Positions 1 through 12,100 of a stretch of DNA of 64,000 nucleotides are shown one piece after another. The stretch's first letter is position 1. Every line of letters starts with the position of its first letter. The stretch covers positions 1 through 64,000 of the forward strand of contig NGBS01000025.1 in the NCBI GenBank assembly GCA_002245135.1, in the 5' to 3' direction. The translations under genes and the position numbers were made by a program. The notes beneath the pieces are model-generated. The model did not search any database. It was not told the DNA's origin and was given only the letters and a program-made list of their open reading frames with translations. The DNA is from Proteromonas lacertae (lineage: Eukaryota).

Positions 1-1482
1 TATAATTATATAGGATTGATGACCAAGCAATTAAACTTACTACATCTCAGCGTTACAATAATACCTGTTACAAAGAAGTAAATGAAAAAATGAAAAGAAA
101 AGCTGATGAATTATATGAATTATAAAGTTTATTATTATTATTTAATAGATGAATCCTCAATCAAAGAAAAGACTATTAGATCCTGATTATAAGTAACAAT
201 TACATGAAATAGTTCATAGGCCAAAGTTAAATGCAGTCTATGGAACTATAGCTATAGGAGCAATTGATATTAAATTAGATTCATCATCACCATTAGAAGA
301 AAGTCGATTAGAATATGTTAAATCTGTTAGAAATAAAATTGGAACAATGCAGTTGGATATTATAGATGTAAGATTTATATTGGATTTATATACTTATGGA
401 AGTCAATTTGATCTATTATTAGAGAATGATGAAGGTTGAGGTACTATATATAACAACTAAAAATAGGGATATTTATATAATTAAGTCGGATAGTAGGTAT
501 TATACAACGTATCAGACATTAGTAAAAGGTATAAAGTATATTCATGTCATTGACTCATCTAGCAAAGGTAATTATAAAACAGATTTAGAGAAACTCAGAA
601 TTAAAGTTGGTAAATATAAAGATCAATTCAGGTTATTAGGAGATTTGTTTAAAGAATATATAGATACATTAATCAATACCAATTCATGTTTATTGAACTT
701 GGCATTTTTAAATCATATTGTTCAAAAATATCAACATCATCAATTACTTATGAAGAAGAACAAGAAAGCCATGGTTTAAGCTTTGTAAAAAAGATAAGAA
801 AGTATTTCAGTATGATGATAAGATTGTTTGTTACAAAGGTAAAGAAAGGGCTGGAAACATCAGTAAATGTGAAAAATTAATATGTGATATGAATACTAAT
901 TATGAGTTAAATACAGACGAGTTCACACTTCTACTACATTTCATCAACAATGACAATAGTCATGTTATTGATCCATTGGTACTATATCAGAGTGAAGCTC
1001 CCAATCACCCCATTCATCATAGTGGCACTTATTTCATTCCAGTATGCAGAGAACATCATTGGACAGTATGGGAGGTGGAATATGTAAAGAATGAATCCAT
1101 TACATGTTATATCCATGATTCAATGAAAGAATATACTCACGACTCTCAAGATAGAAGGTATCTATACTCTGATATTACATCATTATTTGACACAGAAAAA
1201 ATCGATATCTCTTATAAATGTAGTAAAATAATACCATTAGATTATGAGTTAAAGAACTTAAAACAAAAAGGTGATAAGAGTTGCAGTTATTTTGCATTGT
1301 TCTTTTTAGGTATAAGAAAGATGAATATGGAAATAGAAGATGTGGAACATATAGAATCTTTCAATATATCGTACTTTATAATGGATTTAAAAATGGTTTT
1401 AGCATCATTGGATAATAATGATAAAGCAAAGTTATATTGGTATAAAAAGCATAAACCATCATTCTATAGATTCAAATGCTAA
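1..1482 (+). pseudogene. Decayed gene ending in an intact Ulp1/SENP-like (clan CE) cysteine protease domain (open frame 754-1482); probably transposon-associated
   Basis: ORF 889-1482 has IPVCREHHWTV..YIHDSM..LKQKGDKSCSYFALFF (His-Asp-Gln-Cys order of C48 proteases). The frame is open back to a TGA at 751-753. Upstream coding-like sequence has in-frame stops and frame changes. Confidence 0.6.
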
Positions 1483-2168
1483 CATCTATATTAATTCATT
1501 ATAATAATGGTTTATTGTAACTTGTTTGTTTGCAAATTTAACTTTTAAATAACAAATAATTAAAAGTATTTAAATTCATATTCATATTTCCTATTAAGCT
1601 TATAATATGTGTATGTAATACACATACTATAATTCATCTATCTATATATTAATATCAAAAATTACTCACAATTTATAACATTACCAAAGTGAATTACAAA
1701 AGAAAGAGTAGTTATTGTATAATATAGTTTTTTTTTTTTATTACGAAATAATTAAAAAAGATATACAAAAATATAAACAATTACTTATGAAATTAACGAT
1801 AAAAAAATAATTAAGGGGGTAAAAAAATTCAGGATTTACAACACATTTTTTTGTTTATCTCATCATCCAATTGAAATTATTTGAAAAAAATTTATATTAT
1901 TAATAAGCATAATATGTACATATATAATATGAAATAAAAGTGAACTAATTGGTGTAATAGTTGATATCGCGACATGTTGTATATGTTATATGACCACCTA
2001 TATATATCCCTTCATAACTCATTATGAGTAATAACATTATGTAATTAGTTTGTTTCTAAAGTCTCTAATTGCTCAACGGGGAGTTGTACTCAACGGGGAA
2101 CAACATGTATTATAAAGTATATTATTATTATATAATAGATGAATCCTCAATCAAAGTAAAGACTATTA
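121..2168 (+). repeat. 58-bp direct repeat, 121-178 and 2111-2168
   Basis: TATAAAGT(T/A)TATTATTATTAT(T/A)TAATAGATGAATCCTCAATCAAAG(A/T)AAAGACTATTA; 3 mismatches, offset 1990 bp. Confidence 0.9.
1975..2105. mobile_element. Short/truncated copy of repeat family A (terminus)
   Basis: Begins TGTTGT, contains GTTATATGACC, and ends TAGTTTGTTTCTAAAGT..CTCAACGGGG..CTCAACGGGGAACAACA, matching the right end of the 2169-2743 element. Confidence 0.55.
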
Positions 2169-2743
2169 TGTTGTTAAACAAACTAAATGTATATTCCTAC
2201 GTCTCTTGATGAAAAATTGCTACTTTCATACTTACTTTGTTATATGACCTACCTCTGCAGTTTACTTTTTGTTAATATAAATAGTTTGAATATTTGCGCC
2301 ATTTGTTTTCTAGAAATATTTGAAGCAAACTAAATGCATATTTAACTAATATAGACTAAAATAAGCTGAAATAATTAGAACAACTTAATGTTGATCATAA
2401 GACATTTAAAATAATAAAAGAAAATATTGAATCAACCTCTCTCAAGCCTACTTTTACATTTCTTTTTATATAATAATTATTATATTCAAATCATTTCAGC
2501 TAATGTATTTTAGTCTATATTAGCTAAATATGCATTTAGTTTGATTCAAAAATTTCTAGAAAACAAACTGCGCAAATATTCAAACTATTTATATTAACAA
2601 AAAGTAAACTGCAGAGGTAGGTCATATAACAAAGTTAGTATAAAAGCAACAATTTTTCATCAAGAGAAGTAAGAATATACATTTAGTTTGTTTTGAAAGT
2701 GTCTGGTAGACAAACGGCCAACTATGACAAACGGCGCACAACA
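2169..2743. mobile_element. Fold-back/MITE-like element, repeat family A (termini TGTTGT...ACAACA)
   Basis: About 190-bp imperfect inverted arms, ~2176-2370 vs ~2495-2693 (e.g. CAAACTAAATGTATATTCC..TCTTGATGAAAAATTG vs CAATTTTTCATCAAGA..GAATATACATTTAGTTTG). Related copies at ~41.9-42.4, ~54.9-55.2 and ~60.7-61.0 kb. No clear TSD. Confidence 0.8.
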
Positions 2744-3058
2744 GAAACAATTAGAGAGGAAGTGCAAGATGCTACAAAGAATGGTCTTATTAATTGGGAA
2801 AAAGATTAGATGATATTTTGGAATATGGAATACAAGTTAGGTTAATAGTTGGATTTTCTTGGAAACTTGGAAACTTGGTAAAATTATTAAAGATAATTAT
2901 ATGTTAGGAGAAAAATAATTTCCTATACAAGTAGATTTTTATAATAATTTTATTATGATAAAAGAAATTGCAAACAGGAAAATGATGTGAATTTACTAAT
3001 TTAGGATATATCAGATGAAATGATTTAACAGAATGATATAAGTAAATGAATTTGTAAA

Positions 3059-3779
3059 ATGAAAGATTACATAATAATATTTTCTATTATTTTCGTTACT
3101 ATCTAATAAGTATAACAGAATGATTTTAGTAATTTCTTCATGTAATAATAATAAAAAGCTAAATATTGATATTTCATTACTATTTTATAAAGTAGCTATT
3201 TTGTATTGTAATGAAAGTACAAAGCATATAGATTCATATGAAGGTGGCATGATGCTAGATTTTATAATAAACCAATATGACATTAATAGTAATAATAAAT
3301 ACATTTTTTTGCATGATCATGTTAAGTCATGGCATTACCCACAAAATATATATAATCGACTAAACTATCTTAAGAATACAAATTACTTAGAAGGAACAGC
3401 ATTTGGAGGTATCTATTGTGTATATATGCAATTTGGATGTAATAACTCATATGATAGAGATATATACATTAAACAAGCTTACGAAATTGATCAATATATG
3501 AGATACCATAACTATTTAAACTTATCAATCCAAATATTATCTCTAAATAAATATATATTTCCTTGTTGTACGACATTTGTAGTTGATAAAATGAAAATAA
3601 CAGCTTATCCAAGAGAATTATATATAAATATAAGGAAAGGATTAAAAAATTATGTTATTCAATATGGTAAAAATAAATTTTCAGCTATCTATATGGAATA
3701 TTTATGGGTTATTTTATTTGGAGTATTAGATGTATCTTATCCTCCTGATTGTAACATAAATACATTTATTCTTAAATAA
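3059..3779 (+). CDS. DUF3431-family protein (putative glycan-active enzyme); signal peptide appears frameshifted (ORF 3120-3779)
   Basis: Motifs YEGGMMLDFIINQYD, IFLHDHVKSWH, FPCCTTFVV, YPRELY and MEYLWVILFG match DUF3431. Removing one T in the run at 3080-3083 gives MKDYIIIFLLFSLLSNKYNR in frame with the ORF. Confidence 0.7.
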
Positions 3780-3847
3780 ATTGATAATAATAATAAAATA
3801 ATCTATAGATATAAGTAATTTCTAACATTATGATTATTAATAAAGTT

Positions 3848-5635
3848 CTATTTATGATCTATTTTTAACATAATATAATAGCTACATTTATCATTATACT
3901 TATATATACTATTATAATAAAAATATCGTGATATTATTTTTTCTATTCGTTTTTTGAGAATTATTAAATAGTTTATGCTAAAGTGATTATTGTCAGCATA
4001 AATTGGTTGATTATTATAATAAAAATAGCATTTCTTTTTATTTATAATTCTATCATCCCAAAACTTTACATTCTCTATTTTTTTGCAATTTAGTTTAACA
4101 TATGGCTTTGGTAATATACAAGTAGAATTTAACTGATTATAACAATCTTCTTTGTTTGGTTTTAAACAAGAATTAGGATCTGTTAAATGCCTGGGATTAT
4201 CATCACTAAGTAATACTTTGTTACACATTAAAGTGATATTATATATGGTATTATACATATTAGAAAGCTCAATTTGCTCATCAATATAATTTCCAATAAC
4301 ACAAAGACTAAAATTATGACTTTTTATAATAATTGATAAATCACTTGTTTTTATTATATTATTATATGCATGTCTATGAATATAAATATGAAGTAACTGA
4401 TATTGATATTTATATTTACCATGTAATAATGCAATTATATACTGTTGAATATGTGAATCACCAATAAACAACAAAGATGATTTATATATTTTTGAATTAT
4501 TATTCAAAAGGCAATAATTAAAAAGATGAAATCTAAGTTTGTTTAGTAGATCAGCTGTAGTAATATGTTTTACGCTCTTTAATTTTATTTTTGATTTATA
4601 ATCTAAAACAGTTATTAATTTAAATGATAATATTGTCGAACTTAGCGCTAATAAATATACTGATGAGGTATTAAGAATAAAATATCCTTTATAAAATTGT
4701 AATTCAATATAATTATGTAATAGAATAACAGTAAATGTCATTAAAATAATATAATTTGTGAATGAGTTAGTGACTATTTTTAATAGAGGATAATGAATAA
4801 GATAAATTGTATATGAGGTATTTCCAATAATGCACAGCATATAATTCACTAGTATACTGTTACTATTATTAGATATTATTATTATTAAACTTGAAAATAT
4901 AGGAAGACAAGCATTATAGCTAGGGTAAGATAATTTATCATTGTAAAAAAATGACATCAAAATCAATAAAATAATTGAAATATCAGGATTTATTATCACC
5001 TTATAAATATTCGTAATTGGAACAAATTTCATTAAAGCAGATAATAAAAATTCCCATGAACGACTTGATAGAAAGAAATATCCTTTATGTTTGTCTTTAA
5101 AGCCATAATTGACGCTTATTCCTATTGAAATAAATGACGATATAATATATAACATAAAAATGTAATTTTGTAATATCCAAATAATAAATGGTGAAATTAA
5201 ATAAAATTGTTCTTCTAATGACAATGACCAGTAATGTAAAAGAGGACTATCATTTAATCCATTATGAAAGTAATCTATTTTATTAAAATAGAAATAATAA
5301 TTCGCACATACAACAAGACAAGCTATAGCATCATATTTGTAATAACTAAAATTAGTTAAATCATATTTATATGAATAAAATGTAACTAGCAGAATTGTAA
5401 AAAATGAAGCTGGATATAATCTTTTTATTCGATCAGCATAGAATTTAATTAAAAAATTGGAACCTTTATCTTTAATCCTTTTTTCCACTGATTCACAGAC
5501 TAAATAGCCGGATATAGAAAAGAATATATCAACACCTATAAATCCTCCTGTGATTTTACTTGGAAACAAATGATAAAAAAGCACAAATAATACAGCAATT
5601 CCTCGCAATCCTTGAATATCATATCTATGTTTCAT
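3848..5635 (-). CDS. OafA/YrhL-type O-acyltransferase (Acyltransferase_3 membrane domain + SGNH domain), intronless
   Basis: RYDIQGLRGIAVL, GGFIGVDIFFSISGYL, RIKRLYP, PLLHYWSLSLEEQFYL; SGNH motifs IGDSH and DNNH; first ATG at 5635. Confidence 0.92.
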   Translation of the reverse strand: MKHRYDIQGLRGIAVLFVLFYHLFPSKITGGFIGVDIFFSISGYLVCESVEKRIKDKGSNFLIKFYADRIKRLYPASFFTILLVTFYSYKYDLTNFSYYKYDAIACLVVCANYYFYFNKIDYFHNGLNDSPLLHYWSLSLEEQFYLISPFIIWILQNYIFMLYIISSFISIGISVNYGFKDKHKGYFFLSSRSWEFLLSALMKFVPITNIYKVIINPDISIILLILMSFFYNDKLSYPSYNACLPIFSSLIIIISNNSNSILVNYMLCIIGNTSYTIYLIHYPLLKIVTNSFTNYIILMTFTVILLHNYIELQFYKGYFILNTSSVYLLALSSTILSFKLITVLDYKSKIKLKSVKHITTADLLNKLRFHLFNYCLLNNNSKIYKSSLLFIGDSHIQQYIIALLHGKYKYQYQLLHIYIHRHAYNNIIKTSDLSIIIKSHNFSLCVIGNYIDEQIELSNMYNTIYNITLMCNKVLLSDDNPRHLTDPNSCLKPNKEDCYNQLNSTCILPKPYVKLNCKKIENVKFWDDRIINKKKCYFYYNNQPIYADNNHFSINYLIILKKRIEKIISRYFYYNSIYKYNDKCSYYIMLKIDHK

Positions 5636-5853
5636 TCCTGAACTTAGATGTCTTCTCCTTCTATCAGAAGTGTTCGTTAACACAGAAGAATCTTAAAGTG
5701 ACTTTCAATTTTGAACTTCGCAAGGAATACTTTAATTTAAACTAAGCAATCTATAGTATAAAATCAAATTACAAGAACAGGTTTATATTTTGTTTATCTA
5801 CACGACTTTATGATTAGAAAGACATACTACAAAACAAGTCAGCTAATAGTTGC

Positions 5854-5914
5854 TAGGGTCACTATCGGTCAGTATAGTTTTCAAAACCTACAACAGATAG
5901 GTTTTACTGACCTA
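5854..5914. repeat. Possible tiny hAT-related relic
   Basis: TAGGGTCA...TGACCTA ends, with CGGTCA, AAAACCTA and TAGGTTTT motifs shared with the 6884-8044 element; no TSD. Confidence 0.3.
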
Positions 5915-5964
5915 AGATAATTATATATTTCAATCTCTTCCATTTATATTACTTTGAGATATTT

Positions 5965-6847
5965 TCAAGGAAGTTTTGATTTAACAATAATATTGTCTAC
6001 TTTATTTATTTTGCATTTTATTTTTTCGATAACATCATAACCTAGTATTGATAAATGTTTATACAGTTTTTCTATTTCAAACTTACCATTGTCATTTACA
6101 TTACCACATGATGCCTCTATATATATATACTCAGAACGATGAGATTTAAAGAAATTACCTCCTCCTTTTAATAAATCATATTCACCACCTTCTACATCTA
6201 TTTTGGTCATAGATATATTATATGGAATAATGTCAATAAAATCATCCAATTTCATTACACGAATTGTTTGATTATAATCAGGAAAGCTATAATACATAGA
6301 AGATGCTCCCCAATTATTCTTTAATATATATATATATAATTTGATTTTTTTCTTCTTTTCCTAATGCATAAGGATAAATTATTATGTGTTTATTAAAGAG
6401 TGGATTGGTAAAAGTTGTGACAGTAAATGGAAATAAATTATTTGGTAAAGGTTCAAATGCTATTACTTTCACTCCTACTTGAGCAAATAGAAAAGAACAT
6501 GATCCAATATTAGCTCCTAAATCAAGAAAGATACCTCTTCTTGTGCTAGAATTCCATAAATCAAATATTTTTTGACATTCATCCCATCTTCCATATTTCT
6601 TTATATGATTTGATATTATATCATTACTTCTTACATATTGAAGAAATGAAATATTTCGATATTTTGTTTTTGCAAAATAATAATATTGCTCATTTATTAT
6701 TGAAGGGGGAATTATTGATTTTAGTTTTTCTATTTTTAACTGTAATTTCTTTTTAAATCTGTAAATAAAATAGAAATATAATAAGCATGAAAGATATATT
6801 AAAAAGTTGAAGTACTGTATATTCTTAAACTTGAGTATAAAGAATGG
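5965..6847 (-). pseudogene. FkbM-family SAM methyltransferase with N-terminal signal anchor; frameshifted at an (AT)7 tract and lacking an in-frame ATG
   Basis: The upstream frame gives FLDLGANIGSCS, VIAFEPLP and YPYALG. The downstream frame gives NNWGASS, MKLDDF and KIDVEGGEYDLLKG. The frames differ by 1 nt across the A-run/(AT)7 at 6324-6351. Confidence 0.85.
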
Positions 6848-6883
6848 TTATTGTTGATAGGAGATATATTAGATATTATTAAA

Positions 6884-8044
6884 CAGGGTTGTATAAATAG
6901 GTAACCTATAGGTTTTAGGTAAAACCTATAATCTAGCTTTGACCGTTGGTCGGTCAAACCTCGAGTATTATTTTGTTAAAATCTATTTTAATTACATACT
7001 GAGTAACATTTGTTTTATACAAACTATCATACTATATAAAATATTATTTCTGCTTATTGTTTTACTTTAGTTACTATAGTTGTGACTAAGATTGGTTGAA
7101 TTTGTATAAATATCTATACTAATATATTAAAATTCATCTACAAACTACTCAATAGTGATATTTAACATATTTATAAACAACTTATTATTTTGATGATTAA
7201 TTTATATTGATTACTATCTCTAAAAAACAAATATTAATGTAATTATAATAATAAATCTCTATTTCTGAATATTAATGATTTGTCTTCAATTAGTCTCTTA
7301 CTTTCTCAGTTTCTGAAAATAAATAAGCATTATAAAAATCTCTTAGAGGTATAATATATCCTAGTTTGAAGCAAAACCTTCTAAATTCTGGCGAGTCTAA
7401 TATTGTGGTACTGACTGCCTTGAAGGTTATGAATTTACATAGATCTTTGTTGACAGAATCTGAATTCACTTTGGCTTTTACCATATGTAATAATCTGAAT
7501 ATATTATTTTAATCACGTTTTCCAATACATTTTGAAGTAGTTAAAATGTTACTTCTCTAACATACAGCAATTGAATAAAATCACAACTCTTTTGATGCGA
7601 TAGGGGGTAATGTGATATCCCTATAGTTTCATATATTATAAATTCTTATAAATATTGAGTAATTATACATTTAAATGATCTAAATCTTAAAAAATAAAGA
7701 TTAACTTAGTCAAACCATCAAGCTTGATGTTTTTTTCTTTTATTTTTTTTATTCTATAATTAATTTAATATTATGTTAATTATATGTTATTGTGATTCAT
7801 CATTGAGAAATAGATCAAAATAATAGTAATATAAAAAGTGCATCGACCGACGGTCAAATTTGATATTTGAAAGATGATGTATTAAAAATTAATTTTGTAT
7901 ATATGGTTAGATTATATGCTTGTTAACTCATGTTCAATAGGAGGTCAACTAATAGTTAGTATAAGGAAGGTAAAGGTCAAGCTAAAGATATAGGTTTTGA
8001 CCTATAGGTAAACCAATATTTTTTGACCGAAAAATACAACACTG
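6884..8044 (-). mobile_element. Non-autonomous hAT DNA transposon (1161 bp) with transposase relic
   Basis: TIRs CAGGGTTGTAT / ATACAACACTG (10/11 match). 8-bp TSD TTATTAAA at 6876-6883 and 8045-8052. Subterminal TGACCG and AAAACCTATA motifs. Relic ORF 7290-7484 (LCKFI..ILDSPEFRRFCFKLGYIIP) resembles hAT transposase. Confidence 0.92.
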
Positions 8045-8121
8045 TTATTAAAATAACTAAATTAATACTCTACTTTGTTATTATTTTTTATAGAAGTAAT
8101 GGTTATATATTAATTCTATAA

Positions 8122-8937
8122 TTATTTTATCCAGTAAATTGCTTCGTAATATTTGTCTTTCCCTGGATGTTCATATTCATATATAATATCGCTATGTATA
8201 TTTTTTTTAACTCTAAATTCATCTACTGCTTTCTTGCATCCAGAAAAATATCCGTAATCATCAAATTCTATAATTCCGTTTTTATTCAATCTATCATATA
8301 AGTTTTCTAATAAAAACTTAGTATTTATATAATTATCAGCATCTAATCTAATATATGATAATTTTGGTATAGTAGCTTTAGGAATTGTATTTTCGAATAA
8401 TCCTGCAATAAAATGTACTCCTGTGCTTAGATTATATACTTTAAATAGTTGTTTCACTTTTTCAACAGAATTTAATCTAAGTCTATCTGATTCTGTTCCT
8501 TTAATTAGTTTTATTTCTTTTTGATCAGTTATAATAGTATTATTTGGAAATCCTGAAAATGTATCAAAAAGCCATACATCTTTATCATTAATTCCATTTG
8601 CTTTTAATATGCCTTTTGCATATAACATACCTCCACCTCTCCAATTACCAGCCTCAAGTATATCTCCTTCTATGTTATTATTAATTATTCTTTCTGTAAT
8701 TGTTCTAATGTTTTTAAATCTTAAATAAGATAGTACAGTAAACTCATTATTCTTATAGAAATTATTAAAAGGAGAATTTTTTCCAACTATTGAAAACTCG
8801 AGATATAATACTTCTCGTTGAATTTTTTCAATATTCATTTCTTTTTTTATCTTTTGAATATTATTTTGCTTATAATAGGAAAGTAAAAATAAAAATAAAA
8901 TTATAATTAAAAGAAATTTAATGATAAAATAAAACAT
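8122..8937 (-). CDS. TylF/MycF/NovP-family sugar O-methyltransferase with N-terminal signal anchor, intronless
   Basis: GDILEAGNWRGGG, WLFDTFSGFP, GLFENTIP, IRLDADNY, GIIEFDDYG..GCKKAVDEFR; hydrophobic N-terminus. Confidence 0.9.
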   Translation of the reverse strand: MFYFIIKFLLIIILFLFLLSYYKQNNIQKIKKEMNIEKIQREVLYLEFSIVGKNSPFNNFYKNNEFTVLSYLRFKNIRTITERIINNNIEGDILEAGNWRGGGMLYAKGILKANGINDKDVWLFDTFSGFPNNTIITDQKEIKLIKGTESDRLRLNSVEKVKQLFKVYNLSTGVHFIAGLFENTIPKATIPKLSYIRLDADNYINTKFLLENLYDRLNKNGIIEFDDYGYFSGCKKAVDEFRVKKNIHSDIIYEYEHPGKDKYYEAIYWIK

Positions 8938-9142
8938 ATCATATATTTATTAATTTTACTATATGGAATGAAAATAAAATAAATATTTAGTCTTTTTCTT
9001 TTATTCTAACACCCTTAGATACTCTCTCTTCTATATCAGTAATATTAATTTTTGTCCCTGTCCCCGCCGAACTCAGTTTTATTTTGAATAAAAAAACAAA
9101 TATCTATAATAAGATTTAACTGTCTAAATTAATATCTTCTAT

Positions 9143-12100
9143 TTAAATCAAACTCATTATTATTATAACTGTCAATATCATGAATATATCACCAATTGTA
9201 TTAGATTTATCTTCCTTATGATCTTTCTCAGAATTTTCATTTCGATCTTTTTGACTTTGAGGAGAAGTAGAAGGAAGTGATTCTATCACTTTTTCATATT
9301 CATTTTCAATTTCAATGATTTTTCGAACTTCATATGTAAACTCAGAATCAATAATCTTGTCATCATTATTGACTTTATAGGCATTGATTCCTCCTTCATA
9401 TCTTAAAGCAACAGTTAATGATTGTTCGATTGAATTTCCACTTCCACAACTTCCACTACTTATTGAAGATCCACTTGTTAATGTTGTTCTTATTCCATTC
9501 TTACTTCGACTTAATCTATATTCTTTATAACAAATACCACTTTCAATATAAACTATTTTATCCTTTCCATAATATATTGTTATATTCAACTTAGATCTAT
9601 CAATTATACTATCTTCTTCATCTAATTCAATCACACTAATCATTTGATTATTTCGAACTGTTCCTATATCTTCTACATGCAAGAATTTATCTACATCAGC
9701 TATTCCATTCATCATTATATTTGCACCATCAGCACTATTCACTAATCGACCAATTTCCACTTTATTACCAACATATCGACTTGACATTTGATTTATTAAT
9801 TCAGTCATTTTATCTTCACAGTTTTGTTTCAACCATTTGAATGACATAAATTCAGGTAAATTGTTCAATTTACAGATATTTTCTATATAATTTCGATTAG
9901 CATTGTTATTCATATATCCACTGTAATCTTCATCTACACCAGCTGTATTGTAGATTGTATATCGAGATTCTTTATTCACACTTTCAACAAATTTTACTAT
10001 CTTCACTGTTAATGGTTTTCTTAATAAAGTATACTCATATACTAATGCTTCTTTTGTTGCAGATAAAGATTCTAAATCTACTTCAGTCATCCATTTACCT
10101 ATTGCTCCTTGACTATCTGGAATGGGTAAATAATCACCAGGTGTAAATCCAGCTTCTTCTAATAATGCTTTATTTGGTTTTATTGTATATACTTTATCAG
10201 TATTTACAAATATATAATCATCATAAATGGTTCTTTGGATAGTTGGTGTTGTATTATCATCTCCTTCTTTTGAAGATGTTGTAGTTGTAGTTGATTCTGG
10301 TATTGTTTTTGTATCATCTTCTTTGGTTATTTCTTTTCTACCTACTGGTAATGCAATATAACCACTTTCTTTTTGTCCTACTAACATTGATACTTTGGAA
10401 CATGTGTCAAATACTTCATTCTTTATTGATTTACAATTTGAATAAATCCATTCGAAATTTAATTCTTTTTCTTCACTTGAACAACCATATTTATTGAATA
10501 AGGATTTCACATAATCATTTACTACAATTTTACTTTCGACATAATTCTCTGTTCCACTTTCATAGATTGAATATTTTCCATCTATTGAGCTTTTCTTTGA
10601 AGTTGTACAGAATAATGTTGATTCTAATTTCACACTTCCATCTAAATTATAAACTACTCTCTTCTTTCCTACCATATAGTCAGTTAAATAACTTGTTAAA
10701 TCATATCTTTCACCTGTTTCTCTATCTTTCAAATTCTTTTCTTCTAATTTACAACCATTTCCTTCAGGTATTACACTTGATTCGATTAACATTGATTTTG
10801 TCACATTTAATACACTATCAACTATCATTGGATGAGTTTCACAACCTTCAATAATAGTATTATTTTCTTTACAATTTATATAAACAGTTCCATTATGAGG
10901 TTTAGCTAAGGATTTAGAATAATAGATTCCATTCATTTCACCTACAAATCTTGCTACAAATGGATCAACCATCTTTTCAATTGATTCTCTACAGTTAACT
11001 TGTAACCATCGGAATGAAGCAAATTCGGGTAATAATGGACAATTCTTATAGTTTTCTTTAAAGTAAATTCGATTTGCTTCTCCTTCATATCCACTATAAT
11101 CATAAATCATATTTATTAAATCATTTGCAGTTGGATTTTGAGTATCTTTCATCTTATACCATGCAAATTTACTACAACTTCCATCATAATTTTCATATCC
11201 ACATTTAACATCTTTATTTATTCTTTCAGATGGAATTAAGATCTTTACTGTTGTTGCTTGTCTTTTATTCAAGTATATATATTGAGTATAATCCTTTGTT
11301 ATATGTAATGTGATAATACTTCCTACATTCTGATTATCATTCCAACTACTACTACCTCCTTCATTTTCATCTAATGGAATTGGAGCATAATCACTTTCTT
11401 CATAATATTGAAGATCTTCTTTCATTTTGCTTTTATCTACCAATTTATAATCAATATCTGTTTCAATTAATTCATTTTCACCATATTTATGAGCTACAAC
11501 TGCATCATATGATCGAATTGATAATTTCTTTGGAATATTATTCAATATATTGTCATCTATATTTATCATTAATGAAGAGTGAGATTGGCAGTTTTCTTTT
11601 ATCCATTTATATGGTAATACAGTTTCATAGATTGGAGGAATTTCGGCACATTCTTTCAACATTTCCTTCAAATTTTTAGTTATAAAGACTCCTGAATCTA
11701 CATCATTCAATTTACCAATTCTATACTGAGTATAATCAATTAGATTATTTGTTTCTACATCATATTTTACTCTACTTCTTATTCCATCTTTCGTTTCAAC
11801 TACAAACAAACTTAAATCACCCAAATAACCATCTCTTTCACCAACTTTTACACTGATCACTTTATCTTCTCTTATAGAATGACTTTTCATATTCATTTTT
11901 ATATCAATATCTTTAATCAAACCCACTGTCATTATATAATCAGTATTTATGATTGGATTACCTTGTTCATCAAATGAAGATACTATATGATATGTTTCAT
12001 TCATTATATTCTTCGTTATATTAATTGATGTTTCAGGATGTAAAACTTTCATATCTTCTATTGATTCTTTTTTCACATCTTCAGAACAGTGAGTGTTTAT

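Noticed and set aside
3059..8937. Bacterial contamination as the source of the intronless genes
   Set aside because: No operon or Shine-Dalgarno layout, eukaryote-style signal anchors, and interspersed eukaryotic hAT and family A repeats, the latter also present in the core block
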